64,000 nt of DNA from Elsinoe ampelina (Eukaryota), in contig ML992502.1 of assembly GCA_010093995.1 (NCBI GenBank), positions 1,770,312 to 1,834,311 of the forward strand, read 5' to 3'. Shown piece by piece: positions 1 to 13,788 of the stretch. The position numbers and the translations under genes were made by a program. The notes beneath the pieces were generated by a model. The model saw only the letters and a program-made list of their open reading frames with translations. It was not told the DNA's origin and ran no database searches. The stretch's first letter is position 1. The number at the start of each line of letters is the position of its first letter.

Positions 1-1323
1 CCAGTCGAGGCATTTACGTTTGGCCGCGGACGGAGCAGCCGACATTCCTGGAGACTCTGGCGGGTCAGTCATTATCGGCGACAATCAACAATCAAGCTCT
101 CCAGCCCTGATCAGCGACAAGTCGAACGCTGGCCGTGCACCCAAATCTCACAAGCAAGATGAGCAAAAGCAGCAGGGAGCTGATGTGATGGCTGACGATC
201 GCAAACGAGCAAGCCAATGTGAAACCCGCACGACCAACGGGCAATCGACTCGTGATCGATTCTTCTGAGCCACTGGAGCGGGCGCGGCGGGTCATGCACA
301 CCACTTGGGCCCTCAATAGCGTAACCGGACCTTTTGTCTCTCCTCTGCCTGCTCCACATGTCGAGTCACGATGGCTTGACAGATTACCGCACTTGATCAC
401 GGGTCTCTGTTCGGGCCACGAAACACTTGCGCTGAAGGATTGCTGGCTCCAGGGCAATGGGTAATGGCTGCACGGCATCATATTGCAGCCTCTCGTGGTA
501 CAGTAGTACAGAAGAGGGGTGTCTGCTGGTTCCAGCCGCACGCTGATCTGGCAACTTTTTTTTCTCTTTGGGAAACAATTGTTCTCGCCCGGTAGCATCC
601 TCAATTGTACCTGCGCCTGGCGGCCGTTGGAGAGCACGAGCACTATCAATTGCGTCTCCCTTAATCACCTGCCGAGTAACGAGCGAAGAAACGACAACGG
701 ACACCTCTCGAATCTCCTCTCAATCAGGTACCTTCGCTTGCTATAGGCTGCCTTATCGCTCGTCTGTTTTTGTACCGCCCGTCGTTTTCCCCGCCCGATC
801 CTTGGAGGCGAGAATTATTTGGACCAGCGCCAATCGCCGGACCACGCACAGATACGGCCAATTGAGACAGCTGCACGCTCCGGAATTTGTGGCACAAACA
901 AGCAGCTGCTAGGGAGCAAGCCAGACTGCCTCTGTGCGTTCTCGCTCTGCCTGCTCACACAATCTACTCGCCCGACCCCACGAAACCTTCCCCTGCCGCT
1001 CTAGCTCTCCGCCCTCCTTCACAACTCCGAGAGACATTTTTGGTTGTCTCTTCTCATTCCTTGACCTTCCTTCTACCTTCGACATTCGCTGCTTGCCTGT
1101 TGTGCGTGTTTGCTTACCAACCTCGAGGTCAGTACGGACCTGGGCTAGTCAGATGATCGCCCGCTGATTCAAAGGCAACCAGGCTTTCGTCAAACTCTCG
1201 GGGCTACGCGCGGAGAGGCTGTGTATTATTCAGTCAGCCTACCACCTGGGGATCTGCAACTTTTTTTTGGACCTCACAGTCAAGCATTCCGCTCGTTCAC
1301 CTGTTGGATTACTCTGTCACACA

Positions 1324-2644
1324 ATGACGGCCATCAAGGTATCTACTGCTACCCCTCAATCAACCGCGCCGCTGTGTGCGACCCAATGCCTTGCTGACGA
1401 GCCAAGGAAACTCCGCGTCCGATAACGCAACACCGGCCTTCCTTCTCCTCAGGGCAGTCGATAGCCCCTCGTAACTCCCTCCCTCGGACGCATGCCTACT
1501 CGTCGTCGCTCGGCTCTTTCAACCCTGCCCACCGAGTGACTCGTAGAAAGAGCAGCAATTTGACCCCTTCGGCTATCAACGCGGCGGTCGCCGCGATTGA
1601 AGAGGATAAGCAAGGACATCGGAGGAGCATGCAGTCTCGTGTCGCTCTTGGGTCTTTGAATGTGGGAAGCTATCCGTCGCCGCCTAGCAGTCTTCCGCAC
1701 GGTCACTCCATGCCCGGGAGGAACGACAGCGCCGTGATCGACGGTCCTCCTTTGGCAAGCATCACCGAGAAGAGCAAGAACAGAATGCGCCGTGCCAGTG
1801 ATGGTTCCACTCTCTCGTCCAAGAAGAAGCCTGGTCAAGGCGAATTAAAGTGCGAGACATGCGGTAAAGGCTACAAGCACAGCTCTTGCCTGACAAAGCA
1901 TCTGTTAGTCTACCTCTATCCATGACGAGATGAAACGTCCTTGTCATGAATTCTGGCTAACAATGAACGAAAAGTTGGGAACACACACCTGAATGGGCCA
2001 TCACCTCGAAATTGCTCATATCAAAACACCAACAGGTCCAGCTTCTCGAGGCGGCTTCGGTGCTGGTCGCGATGAACCAGGACGGTCCAGAGGCATCCAA
2101 GTCCAGCGACAGTGAACTTTCGTACGCCTCGCCGACCCATTCCGGCTCATCCGACCGTGAAGACTCGGTCAGTTCGATCGAGACCAGTCCTCCTCCTCAA
2201 GGTGGTGATTATCCTTACGGACATCACAAGCGTGTCAGCAACGCCAGCAGCGCTTACTCTCGCTCGTACCAGTCGGTATTCACCAACGATGGCGTTCACC
2301 AGCACCGTCGGCAATGGAGCGCCGCAAGCAATCGTCCAGGCACCGCGCAGACTTCTCTCACCGAGAGTTACCCCGGTGAGGAGCAAGCTGATCTCGCAGC
2401 TGCCGTTGGTCTGCTTAGCTGCAGCTACGGCACGCCCCAAACTGGTCCGGTCGCTATGCCCACCGATATCCCTCCCGTCCCGCCTCTTCCGCAAAAGTAC
2501 CAATCTTTCAGCAACCCTGCCTACCAGCGCGAGATCGACATGGGCGAGGCATCTTCGTCGGAAGATGAGAGCAACGCGTCAACGAAACACCGAGACTCGA
2601 GACAAGAAGACGATGATGGCGTCTTCGGAAACATGGACGAGTAG
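1324..2644 (+). CDS. Conserved fungal C2H2 zinc-finger protein (putative transcription factor), 3 exons
   Basis: ATG 1324; introns 1339-1406 (GTATCT..CTGAC..AAG) and 1904-1974 (GTTAGT..CTAAC..AAG) give one frame with SLGSFNPAHRVTRRKS, RRASDG, KCETCGKGYKHSSCLTKHLWEHTPEW and LISKHQQVQLLEAASVLVAMN. Confidence 0.85.
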
Positions 2645-4070
2645 AATCCTCTGCTGCACGAACTGGGATACCTCTCTTTTGGTTAAGAAACTGTTACATG
2701 TGAAACGACAACGCATTATACCAGGGGAAAACGACAAGGGCCAAGGATATTGGTCGCGGACCGTCCGGTGGGAAATGTACAGGGCAAGGATAGGGAGGAA
2801 TAGGGAAAAAAGATAAAAAACAACAAACCAGGAGTCAATCGCGAAGCCGAGACGAGTTTTTGCTCCGCTCAAATGGTCTTTAGCACCGATGAGTTGGACT
2901 GAGTTGGTGCAGACGGTGCTGTTGGAGCACGCCGTTCCTGTCAAAGGATGAGATGAACCAGCATCATCACCCGACCAGCCAGTCCTTCGAGGTTAAAGCT
3001 AGAGACCGTGTTTCCACGAGCGTCGAGCAGCCGGTTTTCGCTTTCTCGTTCTACTATTATTCTCTCAACTGTTTCCTTTTCAAAGACTCCCGATCGAAAT
3101 GGAAGTTGTTTGTCCTCGCCGATTGTCCAGATGTAGTGGATTGTGTCAGTGAATGACGTGTCTCCCGTCAATGAGTTCCGTGATAAGGCGACATGGGTTG
3201 CGTAGCAAAGACCAACCAAGACCAGTGCCTCGAGCGTACGCGTGACCGCCAATCCAGAGCATCAAGTAGTCCAGCAGAACATCCATACCCCGTCAGTCAA
3301 GCTCCAGCCTCCCAAGCTTCAACAGCTCCAGCTCCAATTCCCCCTGCCATGCTCCCTGCCCTCCCGGCAGGGCAGTCCCTGCATCCCCTTGCCGGCTCCC
3401 TCGGCCGTGTCGAGAGCCACCACGCGACCTCCGCACAACGGTTGCATGGGAAAGGAACGAAGGAAGCAGGATCCCCCCCCCCCGTGCGTCTATTATGTTC
3501 CAGCCCATTCGAGGCGGTGAACAGAGAAGCGAGGGAAAAAATTGCTTTTTTGTCTATGGGTCGCGTGGCAGCAGAGCTCGAGCTCTGGCCCCTGATCGGC
3601 GTGGTGTGGGGGACGGGAGGGTCTGGCGGAGGGGGATGACGTCGTGCGTGGGGTTGGGGAGGGATGGGCAGAGGGGAGCGGACGGGTGGATGGCGGGGGG
3701 GACGGGATGGGTGTGAATGGCGGTGGTGATGTGTGTTGTTCTTGTTGTACGTGAGGTGGTGGGAGATGACTGAGGAGTAGGCAGCAAGGGAGAGGATGCG
3801 TTGTTAATGTTTGGCAGAGAGGGAGTATTTCGAGTCATCCGTACGGTAGGCATCGATTTGAGTATTCTACGGAGCCTTCTTTAGAGGCTGATGTTTCGCA
3901 TTCCACTCATTCTGTCGAAGCATTGAAGACCTTGAGTCCGAAATAAGAGGGTCCTTGCACGGTGTGTAGCAAGACCTTTGCACAATTCCACATTCAGCAC
4001 CATCGCATCCTCTCTCCTCATCCACCACTCTGACCGCCCTCCACCCACGCCCCCAACTCTTGAGGGACCA

Positions 4071-4814
4071 ATGCCGCCCCTCCCCTCGGCACCCCTAGTC
4101 GCCAACTTCCCCTCCACCCACCTCGTCTTCGCCGCAGGCATCGCCATCTTCCACATCTCCACCTCACGCGTCGTCATCTGCCGCCATCCGTTAGAAGGGC
4201 ACTACTTCCTCCCCAAAGGCCGGAAGAACGCTTCGGAACACCTCACTACCGCCGCGATAAGGGAGGGGTTCGAGGAGAGTGGCTACCGCTGTAGACTTGT
4301 GGGGGTGCCGATTGGGCATAGACAGCCTCAGGAAGTCCCCGTTGAAGGGTCAGGAGTGGCGAGGAAGGATGATAGACTGCGATTCGTGGTGGAACCGTTG
4401 TGGACGCAAATGCTGCCGGTGAGTGCGAGGACGCAGTACATCGTCTTGTGGTTCGTGGGGGAGACGCTGGATTGGAGGGAGGAGGAGAGGTGTAATGCTG
4501 TAGCGGTGGAGAGGGAGGGTGGCGAGGGGGAGGAGACGAGGAGCTTTGTGGAGCCGAGAGGGTTGAAGGAGGGGGTGACTGTCAAGGAGAGGATGGCATG
4601 GGACGTGAATGAGCAAGGTAGGGTGAGGGAGCCCGTTTGTCATCCTGGGACGGGGGTGGATAGTGATGAGATGCTGTATGAGAAGTATCTTATGCCGATT
4701 GAGGAGGCGGTGGAGAAGCTGAAGGGGACTATCATGGCGGATGTGGTCCGGCAGGGGTGGGAATTGATTGCGAAGAGAGACGTGATGGAGGAGGAGGGGT
4801 ACTGGAATACGTAA
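4071..4814 (+). CDS. Nudix hydrolase family protein
   Basis: Nudix box GX5EX7REXXEEXG = GRKNASEHLTTAAIREGFEESG preceded by FLPKG; first ATG at 4071. Confidence 0.85.
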   Translation: MPPLPSAPLVANFPSTHLVFAAGIAIFHISTSRVVICRHPLEGHYFLPKGRKNASEHLTTAAIREGFEESGYRCRLVGVPIGHRQPQEVPVEGSGVARKDDRLRFVVEPLWTQMLPVSARTQYIVLWFVGETLDWREEERCNAVAVEREGGEGEETRSFVEPRGLKEGVTVKERMAWDVNEQGRVREPVCHPGTGVDSDEMLYEKYLMPIEEAVEKLKGTIMADVVRQGWELIAKRDVMEEEGYWNT

Positions 4815-4907
4815 TTCAGAGGACACGAGATGCCTCTCAGGAAGGGGATGTATCTCTCCACAAGATGAAATAATAATGTCTAGACCATTCCTGTTGATCA
4901 TGGCTAA

Positions 4908-5440
4908 TCATGATGGCTTCTGTGCAGCACTATCAAGATAGACCTGGTAGAAGCTCATCTTGACTCTTCCACCGTCCTTGACGAGCTTGGCCTTCGCTGC
5001 CCACGGTAGACCTCCTTTCCCCCCAGCCTTGAAATCGTACGTGACAGTACCGTGAAGCATCACATCCTGTCCATTGCTGCTTGCAGGAGTGAAGGGAAAG
5101 ATTTGTTCCGGCACATGAGACCGAGCGGAGATCTTGTCCCACATGGCCTTTCTCATCCCAAGGATGTCTGCGACCATCAGATTGAGCTGATTGACGTCAC
5201 CAGTAGTGAATCATGAGTGGCGACACGAGAGCATGTTGTCAGAGTGGAAGTCAAGCACTTACCTTCTTTCCCTTGTACTTTCTTGCTCGCCATTATAAGG
5301 GTAGCGTCTGACGTGAATTGATCCGCATACTCGTCGTGTGCATCGGCTGTGTCTGATATCTTATAGAAGTTCTCAAAGAATGAAACATAGGCGGGGTCGT
5401 TCTCCAAATTTGACGGCCAGGAAGATTTGTATTGAGACAT
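4908..5440 (-). CDS. SnoaL/NTF2-like fungal protein, 2 exons
   Basis: FFENFYKISDT..HDEYADQFTSDATLIMASK joined through intron 5168-5262 (GTAAGT..CAG) to ILGMRKAMW..MSFYQVYLD; upstream in-frame ATG at 5521 is possible. Confidence 0.75.
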
Positions 5441-5774
5441 GGCGGTGAAGTGTCGGGAGGTAAGCTGTAACCGGCCGTGAAGCACTTTGCTATTTGAACG
5501 AATCGATTGAAATGCAGACATCTACTATCCGCAATTTGAATAAACTAACATTCGAGGAGATGAGTTGAAGTGCATAGCCGTCGGGGTTGGGGAAGTGGGG
5601 GTTTGTCGGGGTATTCGGGGTCGGATGAAGTCAAAGAAGGAAACAGGGAATAATTTAATTTACATTATGGAAAGTATCTGTACAGCGAAAGGACTGTCGA
5701 TGATGATATGAAAGGTATATGGTGGCTCCAACAACGTCTTTGCCCAGGTATTCCTACCAAGAAGAGTGCAAGAC

Positions 5775-6950
5775 TCAGTCGAAGTGAGCAAACGCGAGCT
5801 CATACGCCAATCCAAGAGTAAGCTTAGCATGCTGCAGCATGTGGTCAAAGCTGAGATATTGAATCTTGTCCTCGGTCGAGTGAATCTTCTTATCACTGTC
5901 CTTGAATTCCGACTCTATGACGAATGCACTTGGGTAGTTGGCCTTTGATGCGGAAGCATGGTCGCTGCAGGCGTAGCCGCACTTTGTCTCGACATAGGGG
6001 ATGTCGCAGTAAGTAGTGATGACCTTCTTGATGAATTCGGTAAGGCCAGGATCAACATAGTCGGTGATGACGCCGACGCTCTCTGGCTTGCCTGCATCGA
6101 GCGTGCCTTGGCTGTATCCAGTCATGTCCTGCTGGAGCATGGCCTTGACATCCCTACCGGCCTTTGCGTAGCTTTGGAAGATTGCCTGACTTCCGAGAAG
6201 GCCACCCTCTTCGGCACTGTACCAGTGAAATTCGACAGTGTTGTCCTGTTGTCCCTTGACAATCTTCGATTCTTTCAGCAGGACGCGGAGTGCTTCCAGA
6301 ATTGTCACTGTGCCGGATCCATCATCGTCCGCGCCAGGTGCTGCCAACAGAGATGGGAAGAATAAATTGATGCTGTCTTGATGGGCACCAATGACTACAG
6401 TCTTCTCGGACTTGCCGGGGATGCTTGCGATGACCGAGTTCTGTCCCCATGGGTGCTTGAAGTGGGTGACGGTTGCACCGTGCTCGAGTGCTCCTGCATC
6501 TGCGAGAGTTTGGTTGACTTGATCAAGCAGCCAGGCAGAAGATTGAGCGCCATAGTCCGACTTGTAGTATCTGGTGTGGAACGATGTGAACTTCTCCAGG
6601 TGCTTCCTCATGTTGTCTTTCTCCAGCTTTGACAGCAGCGGCTGTACCGAAGAGTTCTGTGCAGTCTTTGCCGGGAATGTCACAGTCTTTTGAACCTTTA
6701 CTGATTCGTGTAGCTCTTGATATTCAGTCTTGTCGAAGAAGGACTTGCCCTCTCGGCGCAACGCCCACTTCTCGTTCTCGGTGACCCATCGTTCTTCTCC
6801 AGGCGCCAGCTCGATAAGGTATAGGTCTCTGTTCGCAGCGATCTGTTCTTTGGCGATTGACATGCCTTGCTGTACACTTGATGGTAGCCATAATGCTGAA
6901 GCTGGTAGCTGGAACCCGAGCGAGGCAAGAAGCGCTGTGGTGGTCCTCAT
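5775..6950 (-). CDS. Secreted leucine aminopeptidase, peptidase family M28 (LAP1/LapA-like)
   Basis: 391-aa intronless ORF with signal-like N-terminus and Zn ligand motifs [41 protein letters not shown]. Confidence 0.93.
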   Translation of the reverse strand: MRTTTALLASLGFQLPASALWLPSSVQQGMSIAKEQIAANRDLYLIELAPGEERWVTENEKWALRREGKSFFDKTEYQELHESVKVQKTVTFPAKTAQNSSVQPLLSKLEKDNMRKHLEKFTSFHTRYYKSDYGAQSSAWLLDQVNQTLADAGALEHGATVTHFKHPWGQNSVIASIPGKSEKTVVIGAHQDSINLFFPSLLAAPGADDDGSGTVTILEALRVLLKESKIVKGQQDNTVEFHWYSAEEGGLLGSQAIFQSYAKAGRDVKAMLQQDMTGYSQGTLDAGKPESVGVITDYVDPGLTEFIKKVITTYCDIPYVETKCGYACSDHASASKANYPSAFVIESEFKDSDKKIHSTEDKIQYLSFDHMLQHAKLTLGLAYELAFAHFD

Positions 6951-8319
6951 CGTGCTCGATCAGGTGTGGCCTGTGTTGGGCAAGGAAATCTGGTTTGATC
7001 TGTGTCTCTGCTCTGTCGAATAGCCTGAACCCGTGGCTCGAAGAGCTGATTTGCAAACTGGTCGGCGTGGATGCTGGAATGCTTCTGCTGTAGCTCAATC
7101 AACAGATAGAGCCGTGGTCCCGCGGGTGATGGATGACCAGACGACGGTGCTCGGGCCAGACACGTTTACGTCACGAGGTGGCCGACTGAAAGGGGAAATG
7201 TCGGGCGAACTCATTGCTCCGCGGTCTTCAAACTTTCGTTCTTCGACCGTCCGCTACCTTGAACTTACTATCGCTCTCTCGCTACAGACCTGTCCGTACG
7301 AAATGTTTCCGACTACCGTAAAATGACGATAGTCCATCCTCCTCTCGAAGCGGTCACCCCCTCGTCTCAAAGACAGGATCGTATGAGCCTCTCAGTCGGC
7401 CCCACAGTGGCGGCAAAGGAACGATTGTGGCTGGCCCCTTGTCGATGCATGCGCATGAATGATAGTCAAGTCGAAGCAGTATAGCGCTCGTAATGCCGTC
7501 GATCTCGGTATTTCAATCCACTGCGATGACGGCCTCAAATCCTCTTCGTCCATGGAGGACGTGTAAGCACCAAGCATTCTAGATGCAACTTCTGGAGCGG
7601 CTATGAGAGCATCAACTACCGCGAGCACGTGAAGCGGGACTTTGACGATGCAGGGCAACGCAGGCACAACGTGGCGGAGGACCCGACCGGGGGCAAAATG
7701 ACCGTGACATGTACGCCAATTGCCATGTGAGCATGCGTGGCCTCGCCGTGCCGCTGTTGCACTCCTATTCCACAATTCTATAGGTCTGCGAGTTGCGCAG
7801 CGGCGACCGTTCCCGAAATACCACCGAGGTTCATAAACTAATCGCACGTTACTATGGTGGCACCGTTTCACGATCAAGTCTTTCTATCGACAGAGCTCAG
7901 CCCAAGTTTGGTTCAACCTCAACGGTTCAATCTCTATATGCACAAAACTCGCAACCATTCTGGCCTCACGGCATGGGCCGTTGCAGGACGTTCAACCTTC
8001 GTTGAATCCAAAGGCGTAAGCGATGTTCCCTTCAGGATCAGATCAACGGTATTCGACTTGCCCCCCTCTTTCGTTTCAATCAATTGCATTTGACTTTCCG
8101 CAGCCAAGCTTACTTGATTCTTACTTTCGACCTGGTCATCGTCATATTCCATCTCTTGGACGTCGTCGCTGTGTCTTGTCGTCGCCTATCAAGGACATTG
8201 TTGGATACGTGGACGGGTGACCGCAAGAGGGTCGGCGAGCTCCTCTGGACCTCACCATCATACAACGCGCATGACGGACAAGCGTTACCATCAGGACTGA
8301 AGACCAGCCAACCGCGAGT

Positions 8320-9454
8320 ATGACAGAATGGGACCAGTCGCCAGAAGAGGTCCAGGTCATCCTACACCACCTGGACATGTGCAGCATCATATCATGGACC
8401 ATGTTGTCCATCTCGACCGTAGCAGGGGTACTTCGAATCTATGTCCGGAGTCGACTACTCAAGACCTTTGGCTGGGATGACGGGGCAATGGTGCTAGCCC
8501 AATTCTTCTTCCTCCTCTGCACCATCTTCGTATTCCTAGTCAACACCTGGGGAACATCCTCATTTAACGGCATCCAGACAGTCGACTACGACACCTTCTC
8601 ATGGGTAAGCTTCTCTTCTACCTCTTCTCGATCCCCTCTGACCCTCCCAGATGGCCCGCTGGGCCTACGGCATGTACATCCTCACCGTCATCTCCATAAA
8701 AGTCAGCCTCTCCCTCTTCATGTTCCGCATCTTCGGCCCGCACCACATCCGCGAACGCGTCCTCATCCACATCCTCACCATCGTCCCCGCCGCCATCGGC
8801 CTCATCGCCCTCGTCCTCGTCAACGCCACCTGCGCCGTCACCTTCGCGCCCGTCTGCACCTGGCGCCGCACCTTCAACTACACCTCGCTCAGCTTCTCCT
8901 TCGCCAACTCCCTCGCCGACATCGCCTTCGCGTCTCTGTCCTTCCTCATCCTCTGGCGCATGACCATGACCCTCGCCGCCAAAATTTCCGCCTCCATCCT
9001 CTTTCTCATGGGCTCCTTCGGCGGCCTGGCCTCGGTCCTGCGAGTAGCGGCCTATTTCCAGCCCGGCAGCGACGTGCTGCAACAGATCCGGTACAGCACG
9101 TGGAGCATGATCGAGGCGGGCACCTGCATCACGGCGGTGTGTCTCTTCACCCTGCGTCCGTTGTTCAGGCACTGCACGTGTTTCGGCTCGCGCTTGGGGA
9201 CGGGCGGGAGCAGTCAGGCGAAACTGTACCCGTACCGGGCGAGCACGATACTCAACAAAGGACACGTGGCGGAGTTGCAGACGCATGGGTTGACGGACAA
9301 GGCGGGGAGTAGGGGGAGTGAGGTCAAGGAGCCGGAGGTGGTGGTGTTGGTGGCGGAGAGGATGGACAGTCGGTTCAGCAGGGCGAGCCGGGTGGAGGTG
9401 TACACGCTGGAGTCGGGGCTGGGGACAGGGGACCTGGGCACGAGAGGGGTGTGA
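8320..9454 (+). CDS. PTH11-like (fungal rhodopsin-domain) integral membrane protein, 2 exons
   Basis: LRIYVR..FGWDD motif; phase-0 intron 8605-8650; IKVSLSLF, D(I)AF..L, WSMIEAGTCI motifs; about 7 hydrophobic segments; no CFEM domain. Confidence 0.85.
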
Positions 9455-9746
9455 GAGGGCCGGCGAAAGGGTGGGGGGCAAAGTGCTTGCTTCTTGCTCG
9501 GGCTGGGACCGGGGTGATGATTACACTAATACTATTCATGAACATATTAATACCTCTATCGCACAGTGCACGTGGAGAGGAAATTGAGGTGACGACCGTA
9601 GACATTTGGGACAAAAGGTGAGCTATCTGAAGCTATTTACATGAAGCGTAGCGAGCGTAATTCCCGGTTTCTCCCCGCTCCCACCGAAGCCCTCCCGCCG
9701 CCATGCAAAGATTCTCTTTTTTTTTTATTGGTCCTGAACTCCCAAT

Positions 9747-11164
9747 CTATGCCTTGGGGAAGGTGCTGCCGAGGGTACCGACCTTGATGTTGGAGAAGGT
9801 GACCTGGCTGTTGGGCGAGTTGGCCTCGACGTCCTTGGGGTTGCCGGAGGTGGTGGAGCAAGAGCCACGGGCAACGCCGGGCTTGGTGACGGGAGCGTCG
9901 GTCGGGTACGGGGCGTCGAGCCAGAGCATGTGGGCGTAGTGGTCGTCCCAGATGGACATGACGAGGGCCATTCCCTTCTCAAAGTCCTTGCCCTGCTGGG
10001 CCATACCGCCGCGGGCGGAGAAGGAGTTGTTGTCGCCGAAGAGGGTCTTCTGGGCCTTGCAGGTGTCGTCGGTGAGGGAGTTGGTGCCGGCGAGTCCTTG
10101 GATGTTGACCTTGGAGTTCTGGTAGACCTTGCCGTTCTGGACGTAGATGCGGCGGATTTCCTTGAGGGCGCCGGTGTTGGTGCCGTCAGTGGTGATGAAC
10201 TGGGTGACAACGGTCATCTTCTGCTGGGTGTTGAGAATCTTGCTCGGACCGTAGAAGGAGGTGTTGCCCATGCGGTAGGAGTTGAAGTCGCATCCGTCAC
10301 GATCGCACTGGCCGTCATAGCGGTAGTTGCCGCCACCGCAGTCCTGGTCCGATGTGCAACGGACTTGGCCGATGGCCTTGCAGGGGTGGGGAGTGTAGGC
10401 GGTGGAGATGCTGTTGGCCTCCCAGATGTCCATCTCACCGCAGCAGGATCCGTAGTTTCCAGTGCCGGATTGAGGATCGGTCGAAGAGCCGGTCCAGCCA
10501 CCAACGTTGGCCTAAATCAGTTGTCAGTAAATATCGACGCAGAGAATCATGTGTATCTTACCTCGCCGTTGATGAACTTGATGTCCTTGGGGCACTGCGA
10601 ATCGCAGTATCCGGTACCGTACTTGGCGCCAGCCTTGTTGTTGGGGTACTTGGAAACACCACCATCGGCGTCCATGGTGACAAAGTAGAGAGCACCGTTC
10701 AGACCGCAAGGCAGCTGGGAGGTGTCGACATCAAAGGTGAACTCCTTGTTCTTGAGGTTGAAGAGCTGGTACTTTGTGTCGGTAGGGTCCATGAGGTAGA
10801 CGCGGGATCCGACGTTGGATCCGGTCTTGAACTTGAGGGTCAAGGCGTTGCCGCTGGTAGAGATACCGTAAGTGCCAGAGTAGTCAGCACCCTCAAGGGC
10901 GCAGTTCTGCGCGCATGCGGAACCACTGGCACAGTACTGGGAGTTCCAGGTCTGACCACTGTAGCAGTTGGTGTAGCCACCGACGTTGTGGACCCAGCGC
11001 CAATTGGAGTCGAGGACGATGGAGTTCTGCACGTTGGTGCATCCGGAGGCGGTACAGCTCTGAGTGGCGAGCTTGGGGTGGGTCTCGGGGGTGGAGGTAC
11101 CTGCCTGCTGGCCATAGGCCTGGGCGAGGAGGGTGAACAGGGCGGCGTTGACTGATTGGCGCAT
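9747..11164 (-). CDS. cbh1: Glycoside hydrolase family 7 cellobiohydrolase without CBM1, 2 exons
   Basis: Signal peptide then [39 protein letters not shown], catalytic [18 protein letters not shown]; intron 10512-10561. Confidence 0.95.
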
Positions 11165-12760
11165 ATTGACGATCTACTGTGTGTCTATGATCTGGAGGAA
11201 TGTCTGACTGAAGAATTTATCTTTTGGAGCGGCTGAGCAGACTCTTATACGTGCTGAAGATGCCAGCCGCCAACGTGGAAGTATATCACTTCAGCCTGAA
11301 ACTTACCATGTCATGCCCACACACGTGTGTTTGTGGATCTTTAGGTGTGGTTGGCAGTGGCGGACTCGGTGTGGGCTCTCCGTGTATGGACAGCAGCATA
11401 AGCTATACCGACTCGGTGCAAGATCTGTAATTACGCAGGATTATCCGTCCGGCGGACCCTCATGCGTATGCCAAATGGACGCTTTGCAACGCGGTCCGGA
11501 GACCAAGTGGGAAGTGGAAGGGCACGTTTCAGGAGGTGCACAGAAGCGTACAGGGTTTGGATGGATGCGGTGCTAGGGCTGTGAGGTTGTACAGACAGCG
11601 CTGTGAGTGGCACGGGTAAATGTGGCCGAGCCCCAGGGGCGTTGGTAGGATAGAAAGAAAAGATTTTGAGAGTTTATGGAATGGACTAGTTAACCCTCCG
11701 GTCCAGATTTTGCTAGATTGACGCTGGACACATGACACAAAGGACAAGAATTTTGACAAGCTCGGAGAAGCTCCATCTGGCAGCAAGCGAGGGTGATCCG
11801 CCCAGGGCAACGAGTTTCAGGAACAAGAAATTGGCAGGGATGGCTGAACAGGCGAGGGGAAAAGAAAGGAAGAAGTCGATCGAAATTGCAGGCAAAAGGA
11901 ACACGCGGAGTCCCCACACGCGGGCCGAGGCGCCGCGACTGCTGGGCGCGACTTGGACAAGGCAACAAGACGGACAAGACACTCTTTGCTCTCCCCTTGC
12001 CATGGCTGGTGTGAACGACGTCCATCGTGCTGTTCAGAGTCAAAGACAGTGTGAAAAGCTGCCGATTGCCTCGCCCATAACAAGCAGTAACCGCCACATC
12101 TGCCCATTAACCAATGGCTATATCTTGGTATGCCCTTTTCTCTCCGACTTCATGCGGCACCAAACCTTGACAGGCCCATCTACCGCAGGATCTTCCGGGG
12201 AGCGTGACTGGGGTCATGTTCTCGAAAATACTGTAAGAATGATCGGCGCTTGCGCTGGCCATATTGCACGCGCTCTTCTGCCAGGGACAATCTGGCAGCG
12301 GACGCACATCTCCGCATCGGCGGAAAAACTATACAGTGCGGCGGTCTTCATTTAGCCTGCCCTGTCCATCTTCTCATTGGCTCCCTGCACGTCAGCTGCA
12401 TACAACTACTTGCTCTTCATCTACGACGGCTTCAAAGTCTGGTTCCTGTCCTTGTTGACTCGCCACCTCATCTCATGCCCGCTGGTACCTTCTCAAAGTA
12501 CACAAGCGAGGCGGTAATTGTTCATTTTCATTTGCTCCAGACCGAATGAGGTCTCATCTTCCATGTTTTCCTTCTTGAACTGCTCTGTCTTTGTCAAGCC
12601 TCATACATCAGCATGCTGTAACAAACTCAACGTGGAGACTGTACGGTGAGTCGGGTTGCTGCACGATTGGATCTGATCACACAGAAGGATTTGCACCGTG
12701 TCAACGACTACATATGCGAAGAATGAAAGATCTCGGCCATCCGGCTTAGATTGACTTTGA

Positions 12761-13788
12761 TCAATTCTCAAACTTTAGTCCGCCCTCTTGCCGCACAGCA
12801 CCGTAGATACCGGCAATATCGCCTCGGCTACCCATGTGCTTCTGCACATCACTCAAATGCTGATCTGCCACCTCCACATCCCTCATCCGCGCCCCGGACG
12901 CCTTGGCTAAGCTCAAAGCGTGTCCGGCGTCCTTCCGGGCTAGATCGACCGCGAAAAGGGGCTCTTCACGCTGATAGTAATCTCCCTGCATCATGCGGGT
13001 GCTGTAAGCGGTGTAAGGTCCTGGAAACATGGTCTCGATGAATTGATGAAAGGCACTTGAGCCTAAACCCGACTTTTCGGCCAAAACGTGACCTTCGGAC
13101 AGAGACTCCACCATGTTCAAAATCATGGTATTACCGATGATCTTTAGTCTAGTGGCCGATCCGTGCGGCTTGTCAGAAAAGTCAATGTTGGCTCGCCCCA
13201 TGACTCCCTGACCGTATGGTTTGGCCTTGTCGACGGCTGCTTTGGGGCCAGCGAAAACGCAGACGAGCTGACCAGAATCTGCCATGGCTGGTGCGCCAAA
13301 CACTATCGAATATCAGCTCTACTGCCGTCCGATGACGTTGTGGGGTGGATAAGTCTACCTGGACATGCGACGAATTCAGATCCAGCATCGGTGATGATCT
13401 TGGCTAGCTTGTCTGTCGTATCCGGGTGGATGGTCGAGCAGTCCACAAACAGCTTCCCCTTACCACCAGCTTTGAGAGCAGCATCGATGGTCTCCTCCAC
13501 GGCCTTGTCATCACCGACGCAGGTGAAGATGATATCAGCTGGCTCTACTGCCTCGGCTATGCTGCCAGCAACTTTGGTCTTTCCTGATGGCAAAGTTGAT
13601 GCTAGCTTCTCTGCCCTGGCTGTTGTACGGTTGTAGATGATCACAGGCTTATCTTGTGGTCCTTTCTCTACAAGATTCTTGACCATTCCCTGGTCTTTGT
13701 CAGCTATCCAGTCTGCTGCTAAAGTGCTCTGCTCCGATCCTACCCGACCCATGTTGCCCAGACCTAGCCAGGCAAGTTGAGGTGCCAT
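12761..13788 (-). CDS. NAD(P)-dependent beta-hydroxyacid / 6-phosphogluconate dehydrogenase-like oxidoreductase, 3 exons
   Basis: WLGLGNMG Rossmann motif, YNRT, VDCSTIHP, ACPVFG, LKIIGN, ARKD; two GT-AG introns near 13692-13743 and 13303-13359. Confidence 0.88.
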
